DNA of 32,000 nucleotides from Dickeya dadantii NCPPB 898 (GTDB lineage Bacteria; Pseudomonadota; Gammaproteobacteria; Enterobacterales; Enterobacteriaceae): NCBI RefSeq assembly GCF_000406145.1, contig NZ_CM001976.1, positions 4,797,444 to 4,829,443 of the forward strand, read 5' to 3'. Shown piece by piece: positions 1 to 9,067 of this stretch (position 1 is its first letter; each line of letters starts with the position of its first letter). The notes under the pieces were generated by a model. It saw only the letters and a program-made list of their open reading frames with translations, ran no database searches and was not told where the DNA came from. The position numbers and the translations under genes were made by a program.

Positions 1-47
1 GTTTATCCACCTCTCGGTACTCACACAATGGATCCTGCTAACCGCAA

Positions 48-1088
48 TCAGTACAGCGCTTTACCGCTGCTGTCCTTGATCTGGGTTTTCCATGCCGCAC
101 GCACCTGCGCCACAACTTCTTTCGGCAGCGTAGCGTAATCCAGCGCTTTGGCCTGATCGCCGCCTTTGGTGTAAGCCCAGTCAAAGAACTTCAGCACTTC
201 TTTGCCCTGCTCAGGCTTGCTCTGCTCTTTGTGAATCAGAATGAAGGTGGTAGAGGTGATCGGCCATACGTCGGCGCCTTTCTGGTTGGTCAGGTCCTGT
301 GCGAAAGACTTGCTCCAGTCAATACCTTTAGCAGCGTTGCTGAAAGACCCTTCAGTCGGGCTGACAGCCTTGCCGTCGGCAGAAATCAGCTTGGTGTAAA
401 CCAGGTTATTCTGCTTGGCATACGCGTATTCAACATAACCGATTGACCCCGGCAGACGCTGAACGAACGCCGCGATGCCGTCGTTGCCTTTACCGCCCAG
501 ACCGGTCGGCCAGTTTACGGTGTTGCCCGCGCCAATCTTCTCTTTCCACTCGCTGTTCACTTTAGCCAGGTAGCTGGTGAACACGTAGGAGGTGCCGGAA
601 CCGTCTGCACGACGCACCACGGCAATGTCCTGATCCGGCAGTTTAACGCCCGGGTTCAGTTTGACGATGGCTTCGTCGTTCCATTTCTTGATTTTGCCCA
701 GGTAGATATCACCCAGCGTTTTGCCGTCCAGCGTCAGCTCACCGGTTTTCACGCCCGGCACGTTGACAGCCAGTACGATACCGCCGATCACGGTCGGGAA
801 CTGGAACAGGCCGTCCTGAGCCAGCTTGTCATCCGTCAGCGGTGCATCGGAGGCGCCGAAATCCACGGTTTTAGCGGTAATCTGTTTCACGCCGCCCGAA
901 GAACCGATGCCCTGATAGTTAACTTTGTTGCCGGTTTCTTTTTCGTAAGAATCAGCCCACTTTGCATAAACCGGAGCGGGGAATGTCGCACCTGCACCAG
1001 TGAGGTTTGCCGCGGCGAAAGCAGAAACCGCCGTCAGAGAAAAACTTGCAGCAACGATACTGGCAACAGTGGTACGCATGAGTTTCAT
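48..1088 (-). CDS. pstS: Phosphate ABC transporter periplasmic phosphate-binding protein PstS
   Basis: 346-aa ORF with a Sec signal peptide ([25 protein letters not shown]). PstS-like motifs run along the full length ([25 protein letters not shown]). A canonical Pho-box array lies upstream. Confidence 0.95.
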   Translation of the reverse strand: MKLMRTTVASIVAASFSLTAVSAFAAANLTGAGATFPAPVYAKWADSYEKETGNKVNYQGIGSSGGVKQITAKTVDFGASDAPLTDDKLAQDGLFQFPTVIGGIVLAVNVPGVKTGELTLDGKTLGDIYLGKIKKWNDEAIVKLNPGVKLPDQDIAVVRRADGSGTSYVFTSYLAKVNSEWKEKIGAGNTVNWPTGLGGKGNDGIAAFVQRLPGSIGYVEYAYAKQNNLVYTKLISADGKAVSPTEGSFSNAAKGIDWSKSFAQDLTNQKGADVWPITSTTFILIHKEQSKPEQGKEVLKFFDWAYTKGGDQAKALDYATLPKEVVAQVRAAWKTQIKDSSGKALY

Positions 1089-1178
1089 AATCCCTCCTGT
1101 GGGATATGTAGACGTGTAGACCCGGAGCTATTGTTTAATCAGAGTGTAGTTTGCTGGTGGAGAAAATAGGTCAATTCA

Positions 1179-1217
1179 GTGACAGTAAAATGTACTTAAT
1201 ATGACAGTTGTGTGACA
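1179..1217 (-). promoter_or_regulatory. PhoB binding sites (tandem Pho boxes) of the pstS promoter
   Basis: The minus strand reads TGTCACACAA-CTGTCATATTA-AGTACATTTTA-CTGTCAC. This is 11-bp phased CTGTCAT-type repeats, almost identical in layout to the E. coli pstS Pho boxes, about 90-130 bp upstream of the pstS ATG. Confidence 0.8.
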
Positions 1218-1640
1218 TGGGAGTCAGATTCGGTAGTCCGCCATAGTCTGGCTACTATCAGATACCGACCAGTATCACCTGAAAGAAGAGTAATAATGCC
1301 AAGAAAGATATGTTCTCAAAGAGTCGAAACGCTGCGCTGTCGCCTCAGACGATGGCTGCATTACTCATCAAAATGGTTCTACATCAGACCATCCCTTTTT
1401 AACGCCGCAATCTAAAGGTATGTTTTATTTTTAGCGCTGTTCGCTTTCCCTGTCGCACAGCGATGAAAAATCCTGTTCTATACTCAGATATGTAGCTGAA
1501 AAAACAACACTCTCACTTCAGGATCGGCCCTCCTACAGGATGTTCCCACTTTTATAACTGAGCTTGGCATTCGCGCTTTTCTGTTTCGCCGCCAGGACAT
1601 AATGCGCTGATTTTTATTTATTTTTATAGGAAGAGTGACA

Positions 1641-3956
1641 ATGAAAAAATATAATACCGATGCTCAGCGCGTCGCAAAGATCAATGAATATCATTTGCTC
1701 GACTTACACTTACAGCAATCCTTTCAAAACCAGGTCAGATTATTTGCGCGCATACTGAATTTCCCCGCCGCGTTTATCTCGATTATCGATCACGATAAGC
1801 AGTGGCTGATCTTCAGCGAAGGCCTCAATATCGAATGTACGGACCGGGAAGTGGCGTTTTGCAACACGGTGATTGCCACCGCCGCCACCATGTGTATTCC
1901 CGACACGCTGACGAACAGTCAGTTTCGCGAACATCCGCTGGTTACCGGCGCCCCGCATATTCGCAGCTACTTTGGCATCCCTCTGGTGCTCGACAAAGTC
2001 GTGGTAGGAACCCTCGCCGCCATCGACTATCAGCCGCGTAACCTGGATGAGGCGACGCGCGAAACCGCGTCCTTCGTCGCCAGCACCACCGAATCCCTGT
2101 TCAAGCTGCACAATGAACAGTTGCATCGGGAACAGGAAATCCGGCTGTTGAACAACTCGTCCGTGGTGCTCGTCAACTGGCAGCAGGATAATATGCTGCA
2201 CATTTCCTACATTTCTCCCAACGCGCAGCACGTTCTGGGCCTTACCGAAGAAGAACTTAGACATAACAACACGGTGATGGAGAGCTATGTCCACTCGGAC
2301 GACTATGAAAACCTACTGTTTACGCTGGATAACCATAAAAAAGGCGTGGCGAATCTGGAATGCGAATACCGGTTTCTGTCGCCCAGGGGAAAAACCCTGT
2401 GGATTCGCCAGCTTTCCATCGCCAATTATCACCACAACGGCAAACTCAGCCACGTGCAGGCGCTGCTGATTGATAACTCCCATCAGAAATACCTGCAAAA
2501 ACTGCTGGTGGACACCAACAACCAAATGAGACTGGTGCTGGAGTCGTCCAGTCTCGGCACCTGGGACTGGGATCTGGGGCGGCACAACATTCGCGTTAAT
2601 AAACAGTGGTGCGAAATGATGGGGGTCACGCAGGATCAGTTCGATTCCTCAATGGATTACTGGCAACAGCTGATGCACCCGTTGGATCGGGAAAAAATGG
2701 TGCTGGCGGCGGAAGCCTGCATCACCGGCCAGGCAACCTTGATCAACGAGCAATACCGGATGCGTCATAATAAAGGCCACTGGGTATGGATTGAAACCTA
2801 CGGCAAGGTGGTGGAATACAACGAAAAAGGCAAACCCATTCGGGTCGCCGGCACCCATCGGGATATTACTGAAAAGAAAAACAAAGAATTACAGGAAGAG
2901 GCGGATAAACGCCTGCTGGAGCTGATTAACCGGGCCCAAAAAATCTTTCTGGAAAAAACCGATATTCAGGAAGCCTGCATGTCTATCTTTGACGACCTGC
3001 TTTCTATCTCTGAATCGGAGTTCGGTTTCATCGGTCAGGTCAGAGAGCACGATGAGAAGAAAGTGCTGCACATCGTCGCTATTTCCAACGTCAGCTGGAA
3101 CGGCGACAGCAAAAACTCTTACGATACCTTTTTGCAAAACAGACTGCAGTTCACCAGCCTGGACAACCTGTTTGGGCATGTGGTGATTACCGGCAAACCG
3201 GTTATCACCAACTCGCCGCGTTCCCACTCCGCCTCGCGCGGCGTGCCGTCAGGCCATCCAATCCTGCGCCAGTTCATGGGGTTACCCATCTATTTTCGCA
3301 ATGAAGTGGTAGGGATGATCGGGCTGGGCAACCGCTTCGACGGTTACAACGAGCGGCAGTTGCGCTTTCTCAGCCCGTTCGTCGACACGCTGGGTTCGCT
3401 GTTCTACGCGCTGGAAACCCAGCGGGCCAGAGAAGAGCTGGAAGAAAAACTGCTGGAAATGGCCAACACCGACGTCCTGACCGGCATCCATAACCGGCGC
3501 GCCTATATTCTGGAAACGGAAAAGTGCTACCGCAATCATGAGAAAAATACCGCACTGGCGATCATCGATATCGATTTCTTCAAAAAGGTTAATGATCAGT
3601 ACGGTCATCACGTTGGAGACGTGGCGATTTGCCGCCTGGCGGAGATCATTACCGGCAAACTACGTACCGACGACTTCGTCGCCAGGCTGGGCGGCGAAGA
3701 GTTTGGTCTGATCGTCCACAACGCCAATCTCGATAATGTCGATGCCATCATGAACGGGATTCGTACCGAAGTGGAAAACACCCTGTTCACGGTTGACGGC
3801 TATTCCTTCCATTTTACCGTCAGCATCGGCGCAACCTTTATCAAACACCGTAATGTTCAGAGCCTGAAGGACAGCTTCGAAAGCGACATGAAGCGGGCCG
3901 ACGACGCGCTGTACGAAGCCAAAAACGCCGGCCGCAATCGGGTGGTATGGAAATAG
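1641..3956 (+). CDS. Multi-sensor diguanylate cyclase (GAF-PAS-PAS-GAF-GGDEF)
   Basis: The ORF opens at GTG 1635, but ATG 1641 has better spacing to the AGGA at 1628-1631. The C-terminus is a GGDEF domain with an intact GGEEF active site (nt 3690-3704) and an RxxD I-site (RTDD) five residues upstream. PAS-like segments include GTWDWDL...HPLDRE...YRMRHNKGHWVWIE. GAF-like segments occur at the N-terminus and around residues 430-600. Confidence 0.88.
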   Translation: MKKYNTDAQRVAKINEYHLLDLHLQQSFQNQVRLFARILNFPAAFISIIDHDKQWLIFSEGLNIECTDREVAFCNTVIATAATMCIPDTLTNSQFREHPLVTGAPHIRSYFGIPLVLDKVVVGTLAAIDYQPRNLDEATRETASFVASTTESLFKLHNEQLHREQEIRLLNNSSVVLVNWQQDNMLHISYISPNAQHVLGLTEEELRHNNTVMESYVHSDDYENLLFTLDNHKKGVANLECEYRFLSPRGKTLWIRQLSIANYHHNGKLSHVQALLIDNSHQKYLQKLLVDTNNQMRLVLESSSLGTWDWDLGRHNIRVNKQWCEMMGVTQDQFDSSMDYWQQLMHPLDREKMVLAAEACITGQATLINEQYRMRHNKGHWVWIETYGKVVEYNEKGKPIRVAGTHRDITEKKNKELQEEADKRLLELINRAQKIFLEKTDIQEACMSIFDDLLSISESEFGFIGQVREHDEKKVLHIVAISNVSWNGDSKNSYDTFLQNRLQFTSLDNLFGHVVITGKPVITNSPRSHSASRGVPSGHPILRQFMGLPIYFRNEVVGMIGLGNRFDGYNERQLRFLSPFVDTLGSLFYALETQRAREELEEKLLEMANTDVLTGIHNRRAYILETEKCYRNHEKNTALAIIDIDFFKKVNDQYGHHVGDVAICRLAEIITGKLRTDDFVARLGGEEFGLIVHNANLDNVDAIMNGIRTEVENTLFTVDGYSFHFTVSIGATFIKHRNVQSLKDSFESDMKRADDALYEAKNAGRNRVVWK

Positions 3957-4069
3957 CAGCAGAGACAGATTTCTCTGGTTTGGTAAGGATATTTGTCGCT
4001 CGGGAATTCAAACCCGTGATATCAATGAAATGCAGAAAAAAATAGAATAATGATCGTCGCTGTGTGATG

Positions 4070-4103
4070 AAAAAGCCCTGAGATAAATCTCAGGGCTTTG
4101 GTT
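4070..4103. terminator. Bidirectional rho-independent terminator between the diguanylate cyclase gene and the end of the nine-gene operon
   Basis: Perfect 9-bp stem AGCCCTGAG/CTCAGGGCT (4074-4082 / 4089-4097) with a 6-nt loop. An A-run lies on the left (T-tract for the minus-strand transcript). A weaker TTGGTT lies on the right. Confidence 0.65.
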
Positions 4104-4229
4104 ATATGGCCTTTGGCACCGGTAGTAGAGAATACCTGTTGGGGTTGTAGCCCGTGGTGTATCGTCCATAGCGGGCAATGTCGATAGCCCGAGCCATGCA
4201 ATCACGACCAAACGCAGAAAACACCGGGT

Positions 4230-6122
4230 TCATGCCCGCCCCTCAGCGGCCAAATTTTTCTGAAAGACGCACAGGTAGTTGGGAAGCGGGATGTTGTCGC
4301 GGATATAGCGTTCCTGATAGCACGCGGTGAATCCTGCCTGAGAAAAGAGCGCCATAATTTCCGCCGCGCTGAATTCTTTACCCAGGCGGCCATCTTTATG
4401 CACATAGATCTCGCCTTTATCCTGCCGCTCATCTTCCGTGGCAAAAATACTGATGGCAAAAAAACCGTCGTCATTCAGGCAGTCATAGACTTTCTGCAAA
4501 TAGGTTATATAAAGCGACGGATGCTGATGATGGAAACATCCATTATCCAAAACGGCATCGTATTTTTCGAACACCAGACTGTCGCCGAGGAAATTCCCCA
4601 CCCGGAAATTCAGGTCAAGCGTTCGGTCAGGTGGAAACTCAAAGCTGTCGATAATATCAATCCCCAACACCTTATGGCCCTGTTCGGCGATCACCTTAGA
4701 CTCAATTCCTTTACCGCAGCCGATATCCAATACCGATGAAGAACGCTTCAGCAATCCCAGCAATTTTAATGTGGTTTTGCGACTGGCTTCCGCACCTGAC
4801 CACCCATCGCGCCCTTCTTTATAATGCTGGTCAAAACTTGCATAAAGCGTTTGCTGATATTCGCCAAACTCAGGGATCTGCTCAACAACATCACTCTTTT
4901 TCATGGCTGTCCTTACTAATCGGTTTTCACTGGAGGTGTGTTTTTTTAACTTTAACGACATAAAAAAAATCGATGCGGCAACCATGGCTGAGATGACCAG
5001 ATAAAAACAGGTCAAGCTTTTCAGCGTTATATCAAGGCCATGCTTTTCAAGGAGCACACCGATTAAAGGCGCAAACAGCATGACGGCAAAGCGCTTCACC
5101 AGACTTAATAAAGAGTTCAGCGAAGCAATCATATCCCCCTGATACGAGCGATTAATAGCATCGACAATGTAGACTTCGGTGAGATATTTAACCAATTCGA
5201 GTAGAATAGCCCCCGCAATAAAAACCGCGACAACGCCATTCATAAACAAGGAAAGCGCGGCCAGCGTTAAGCCAATAACCAAAAAAACCGTCTGACTGAC
5301 CGAGAGCGCTAAAATTTTCCGGGAAAGCAGCTTGGTCAGAAAAAGCCCCAGCAAACCAAGCCCGCCAACCGCCAAACCAATCTGATGCGCTTCAAACCCT
5401 TTAGCTAACAGAAACACCTGAACCAGGTTAGACGACTGGTTAAAAATAACGCAAAACACGGCGGAAAAGGCAAACAGAGATAAAACCATGCCTTTATTGC
5501 CTGAAAAAGAGAAAGACAGTTTTATTTTCTCCAGTACCGATGTCTTATTTACTTCTTTCTTTACTACTTCAAATCGTGAATCTTTCGAGATGAAGGAAAA
5601 GATCACCACCGGCGTACAGGCTACCAGACCATTAATCAACGCGGCGATTTCTATCGAGTATTTGGAGATCCAGGCGCCAAGGAATATCGCCAGATAAAAG
5701 CTGCAATTCCCCCACTGATATATATCTGAGAAAATACCGGTCTTTCGCTCCTGATTTAATGAAGAACGATAGATGACCGATAGGTTGGTTCCGGAGTAAA
5801 AGCTGTTTGCCAGCCCGATAAAAATCCAGGTAATCGCCATGGCAAAAAAACCATCGAGCGCCCAGGCCATCATGCCGCCGATGCCTTTGAAAAGGCCGGC
5901 CAGAAGCAGCGCGCTTTTGTTGCCGAATCTATCGGTAAACAGACCGCTGGGTACCTCGGCAACCACCATGGAAAAAGCGAGGATACTCTGAATCATGAAA
6001 ACTTCGCTTACCGATAGCCCTTTATGGATCAAAAATGGGAAGGTAATCCCATTTAAAAGCAGAAATCCCCAGGGTATGGAAACCAGCCGTATTAAATTAA
6101 CATCCTTGATACTATAAACCAT
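4230..6122 (-). CDS. Fusion protein: N-terminal MFS-type transporter (about 400 aa) plus C-terminal class I SAM-dependent methyltransferase (about 224 aa)
   Basis: 630-aa ORF. The first ~400 residues are a series of hydrophobic helices typical of MFS efflux proteins. The C-terminal part carries SAM motif I (VLDIGCGKGIES) and downstream acidic motifs (LGIDII, AVLDNGCFHH). An AGGTGA SD lies 6 nt before the ATG at 6122. An internal SD plus ATG at 4904 is described under findings. Confidence 0.8.
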   Translation of the reverse strand: MVYSIKDVNLIRLVSIPWGFLLLNGITFPFLIHKGLSVSEVFMIQSILAFSMVVAEVPSGLFTDRFGNKSALLLAGLFKGIGGMMAWALDGFFAMAITWIFIGLANSFYSGTNLSVIYRSSLNQERKTGIFSDIYQWGNCSFYLAIFLGAWISKYSIEIAALINGLVACTPVVIFSFISKDSRFEVVKKEVNKTSVLEKIKLSFSFSGNKGMVLSLFAFSAVFCVIFNQSSNLVQVFLLAKGFEAHQIGLAVGGLGLLGLFLTKLLSRKILALSVSQTVFLVIGLTLAALSLFMNGVVAVFIAGAILLELVKYLTEVYIVDAINRSYQGDMIASLNSLLSLVKRFAVMLFAPLIGVLLEKHGLDITLKSLTCFYLVISAMVAASIFFMSLKLKKHTSSENRLVRTAMKKSDVVEQIPEFGEYQQTLYASFDQHYKEGRDGWSGAEASRKTTLKLLGLLKRSSSVLDIGCGKGIESKVIAEQGHKVLGIDIIDSFEFPPDRTLDLNFRVGNFLGDSLVFEKYDAVLDNGCFHHQHPSLYITYLQKVYDCLNDDGFFAISIFATEDERQDKGEIYVHKDGRLGKEFSAAEIMALFSQAGFTACYQERYIRDNIPLPNYLCVFQKNLAAEGRA

Positions 6123-6144
6123 ACCACGTCACCTGTGCTCGTTA

Positions 6145-7320
6145 TCAACCAATCTCTATCGCTATTTGCTTCATGATTGCATTCACTTTGTCATCCAACA
6201 GAGCCACATCGTCTGACGCAGTTATAACAAAACCAAATCTGTCGGCATTGCTTCTGATGCGATTGACCTTAAATGGTGTTGATGAAGAAATGAAAACGTC
6301 AGCATCAATATCATCAGGAACATGAATATTTGTTATCGTTCCACCCTGCTCAGAATATAACGCTCGTGCTATCGAAACATATTTAGGAATAGGTCTGGAT
6401 GCTGAGAACCCATTAACAAAAAGATCGATAATCACATCATCGAGAGAACCTCCCAACGCGCGTGAAATATTACTCGGCGCCGGACCGTTGGGGAATCGCG
6501 GGTTGACTTCAACCAGATAGACCTGATTATCTCGCACCAGATACTCGATATGGAACGCGCCAAATGACATATCGATCGCCCGGATAATCTCCCGGCTGGC
6601 CTGATATAAAAGGGCTTCGAAGGGCCGATAAGGGAAAATGCCGCCCAGCTCTACGCAATCGCCTTCTCCGCCAAGCAGGCGGCTGCTGCATCCCAAAAAG
6701 TGAACCCCGATGCGATCAACAAAGCCTTCGACGCTAATCAGTTCGGCATCTTCGATAAGATGCTCAACAATATAGGGAAAATCGAATCTGTCCGTCTCTT
6801 GCCGAAAGAAATCATCCACGTCGGACTGAGCATAAAACTTGTGGACCCCCAGCGAGCTGTGCCCTAACAACGGTTTGAATATTAATGGAAAACCGACAAG
6901 CTCAGACAGCACAACATCATGCATATTCTCCCGACTTTCTATCCTGGCGAACGCAGGCTGCTTGACGGTGGTCGCCGCCACCAGCTTGCGCGTCGCCTGC
7001 TTATCGCGGCAACTCACCAGCACGTCAACGGGGGTATGCGGCAAGTCCAACTGGCGGGCGACATCGGCGCCGATTTCAATGTACTGATCAGAAAGCGTAA
7101 TTACTGCAACCGGCCGGAAAGGCAATGCCGCCAGAATATCCTGCGGAGCCAGGCAGGGCACCGTCAATAACGTCGCCTCGATATGCTGTTCCCGCAGGCG
7201 CTGTCGCCACTCGTCACCCTGCACTGTAGCAATAACGGGATGATATCCACGGGCAATCGCCGCGTTTAAAATCCCTGTCGGGTTCATTCCCCGGGTTTCA
7301 ATAAAAAGGATATGTTCCAT
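6145..7320 (-). CDS. ATP-grasp family carboxylate-amine ligase (L-amino-acid-ligase-like), copy 1
   Basis: 391-aa ORF with ATP-grasp signatures (IFKPLLGHSSLGVHKF, IVEHLIEDAELISVEGF, FHIEYLVRDNQVYLVEVNPRFPNG). A GGAGGG SD lies 5 nt upstream of the ATG. Confidence 0.8.
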   Translation of the reverse strand: MEHILFIETRGMNPTGILNAAIARGYHPVIATVQGDEWRQRLREQHIEATLLTVPCLAPQDILAALPFRPVAVITLSDQYIEIGADVARQLDLPHTPVDVLVSCRDKQATRKLVAATTVKQPAFARIESRENMHDVVLSELVGFPLIFKPLLGHSSLGVHKFYAQSDVDDFFRQETDRFDFPYIVEHLIEDAELISVEGFVDRIGVHFLGCSSRLLGGEGDCVELGGIFPYRPFEALLYQASREIIRAIDMSFGAFHIEYLVRDNQVYLVEVNPRFPNGPAPSNISRALGGSLDDVIIDLFVNGFSASRPIPKYVSIARALYSEQGGTITNIHVPDDIDADVFISSSTPFKVNRIRSNADRFGFVITASDDVALLDDKVNAIMKQIAIEIG

Positions 7321-7332
7321 TATTTCCCTCCA

Positions 7333-7360
7333 CGACGGGCAGTGATGCCACTGCCCGTCG
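7333..7360 (-). promoter_or_regulatory. Intercistronic perfect stem-loop between the WD40 gene and ATP-grasp copy 1
   Basis: 12-bp perfect inverted repeat CGACGGGCAGTG / CACTGCCCGTCG around a 4-nt loop. No U-tract follows. The GGAGGG SD of the next gene follows immediately. Confidence 0.5.
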
Positions 7361-7366
7361 GGTTAT

Positions 7367-9067
7367 TTATTCCGTTACATTCACCTGATAATATTTTCCA
7401 TCATAGGATGAAGCAAAAAACGCATTCTTCTTATTGCTCCAGCATAAGGATGAAATACCCGCATGGGTGGGACGTTTGGGCAAACCAATCCATTTTTTAT
7501 CTGCGACCGAATAGATATCGACGACTCCCACGTAGCTGCCGCAGGCAATAAATAACCCGTCATCACTGGCGGCTACGCATTTAATTGAGTTGGTATGACG
7601 ACTTTTCACCTTGCTGGTGTTGTCATTATTCCCCCACAAACCAAGGTGCAAGTCGCGGGATATCGTGGCAAACCCATGAGCGAAAGGAGAACAGTCATTC
7701 AGTATTCCATCATGGGCGCCATGAATAACCTTCACGATTGCCAGTTTATCAGGATCGATAATGCTTAATTCACCATCGGCGCATCCGCCGAAAAGCGATG
7801 TGCCATCATACGAAATGCCTTTAATCGCATTGCTGTGTGCTTTAATCACGGTCACATATTCAAAGCGCTCATTTTCCGAAAAGACGAAAATATTGCCCGA
7901 ATAGGTGCCTACCGCCAGCAGGGTGTCGTCGTTTGATGAAAAACTGACGCCACAGTTAATGGGTGAGTCAAGATCATACAGTTTCTCGCCGGTAACGGCG
8001 TCATACAGTGTCGCGGTCTGCCCGCCGCATACCAGACGTGATTTAAAACGGGTAATGAAATTACACAGCGAACCAGGCCCGCCAATATCCTGACCATTTT
8101 TAAGCGTGCGCCCGGCATCACCAATCGCATAGATATCATCGCCTTCAATATGAATGGAATTCAGGCTTTGGGACGGGATGAGTTCGCTGTTCATCCATTG
8201 TTTGGTATAGGGATTCCAGGCCAGATAACTGGAAGCGAATGTGCCGATAACCAGCGTATTATCGTCCAGAAACGCCACCGAACGCGGCCAGGCGATCTTC
8301 GGCAATTCGGTTTCGTTCACTTTTTCCAACTGATCATAGCCGACCAATTCCCAGATGATCAGCCGACCATCATAGGATGTCGTGGCAAACAGGCTGGCGT
8401 CTTTATTGATGGCAATTTTTTTGACCGCGGAATTATGAGCTTTGATTTTGGTTTCACCGTCCTCGCGGATCAGAGAAATATAGCCTTCATTGTCGCCGAC
8501 AATCTTGGTTTTGGCCGAAATATGGGCGATGGCATCAATATCGGTATTGCCGTTGCTGACAATATTAATTTGCTCCCCGGTTTTGATATCCCAGGTTCTG
8601 ACGGTGCCGTCCATTCCGACCGAGGTCAGCGTTAAACTGTCATGCGACCAGTCAAAACTTTCAATGATATTTTCATGACCGACCATCCGGCTAACCAGAT
8701 TACCGTCCAGATCCGATACCGTCAGCGTACAGTCGTAAGAGCAGGTGGCGATATATTCGCCCGATGGGCTGAAGTCGGCTTTCAGTACATCGTCCTGATG
8801 AAAATTGATGACCTTCTGCAACCGCATTTCAGGTAGCTGCCATATGCGGGCGCTATAATCGCTGCTGGCGGAAACCAGCTTCGTACCGCATGGCGAGAAC
8901 GCACACTGGTTCACCAGGTGGTCGTGCGTCCCCATTGCAATTGCGTTATGCGTCTGTGCATCCCAAAGAATCAGGCGGTTGTCATAACCTGCAGTAGCAA
9001 CATAACGATTTTTATAAGCAGCGATGCCGCTGATTGGCGCTGTATGAATCATATCCTTATCCTTCAT
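7367..9067 (-). CDS. WD40 repeat beta-propeller protein (ToxC-like by domain type)
   Basis: 566-aa ORF with many WD-type repeat units (ATAGYDNRLILWD, SASSDYSARIWQL, SVGMDGTVRTWDI, TTSYDGRLIIWEL, SSYDGKYYQV). Its ATG overlaps the stop of the upstream FGE-domain gene (ATGA, 9064-9067). Confidence 0.8.
   Translation of the reverse strand: MKDKDMIHTAPISGIAAYKNRYVATAGYDNRLILWDAQTHNAIAMGTHDHLVNQCAFSPCGTKLVSASSDYSARIWQLPEMRLQKVINFHQDDVLKADFSPSGEYIATCSYDCTLTVSDLDGNLVSRMVGHENIIESFDWSHDSLTLTSVGMDGTVRTWDIKTGEQINIVSNGNTDIDAIAHISAKTKIVGDNEGYISLIREDGETKIKAHNSAVKKIAINKDASLFATTSYDGRLIIWELVGYDQLEKVNETELPKIAWPRSVAFLDDNTLVIGTFASSYLAWNPYTKQWMNSELIPSQSLNSIHIEGDDIYAIGDAGRTLKNGQDIGGPGSLCNFITRFKSRLVCGGQTATLYDAVTGEKLYDLDSPINCGVSFSSNDDTLLAVGTYSGNIFVFSENERFEYVTVIKAHSNAIKGISYDGTSLFGGCADGELSIIDPDKLAIVKVIHGAHDGILNDCSPFAHGFATISRDLHLGLWGNNDNTSKVKSRHTNSIKCVAASDDGLFIACGSYVGVVDIYSVADKKWIGLPKRPTHAGISSLCWSNKKNAFFASSYDGKYYQVNVTE

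Noticed and set aside
3-11. TTATCCACC, an 8/9 match to the DnaA box, just downstream of pstS.
   Set aside because: It is a single imperfect box, far from oriC or any known DnaA-regulated promoter. It is expected by chance.
1212-1415. 67-aa ORF in the pstS-cyclase intergenic region.
   Set aside because: It starts inside the Pho-box array and has no SD and no recognisable motif. Its composition is typical of random intergenic ORFs.
4113-4120. TTGGCACC near the left island edge is the inverted complement of GGTGCCAA at 15181-15188 near the right edge. Each lies next to a terminator hairpin. They were considered as island terminal inverted repeats.
   Set aside because: The match is only 8 bp, inverted rather than direct, so it is not a target-site duplication. 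It is well within chance expectation for an 11-kb interval.
4008-4474. ORFs 4008-4211 and 4202-4474 (minus strand) near the operon end.
   Set aside because: The first spans the bidirectional terminator. The second is an alternative frame inside the methyltransferase domain. Neither has motifs or an SD.
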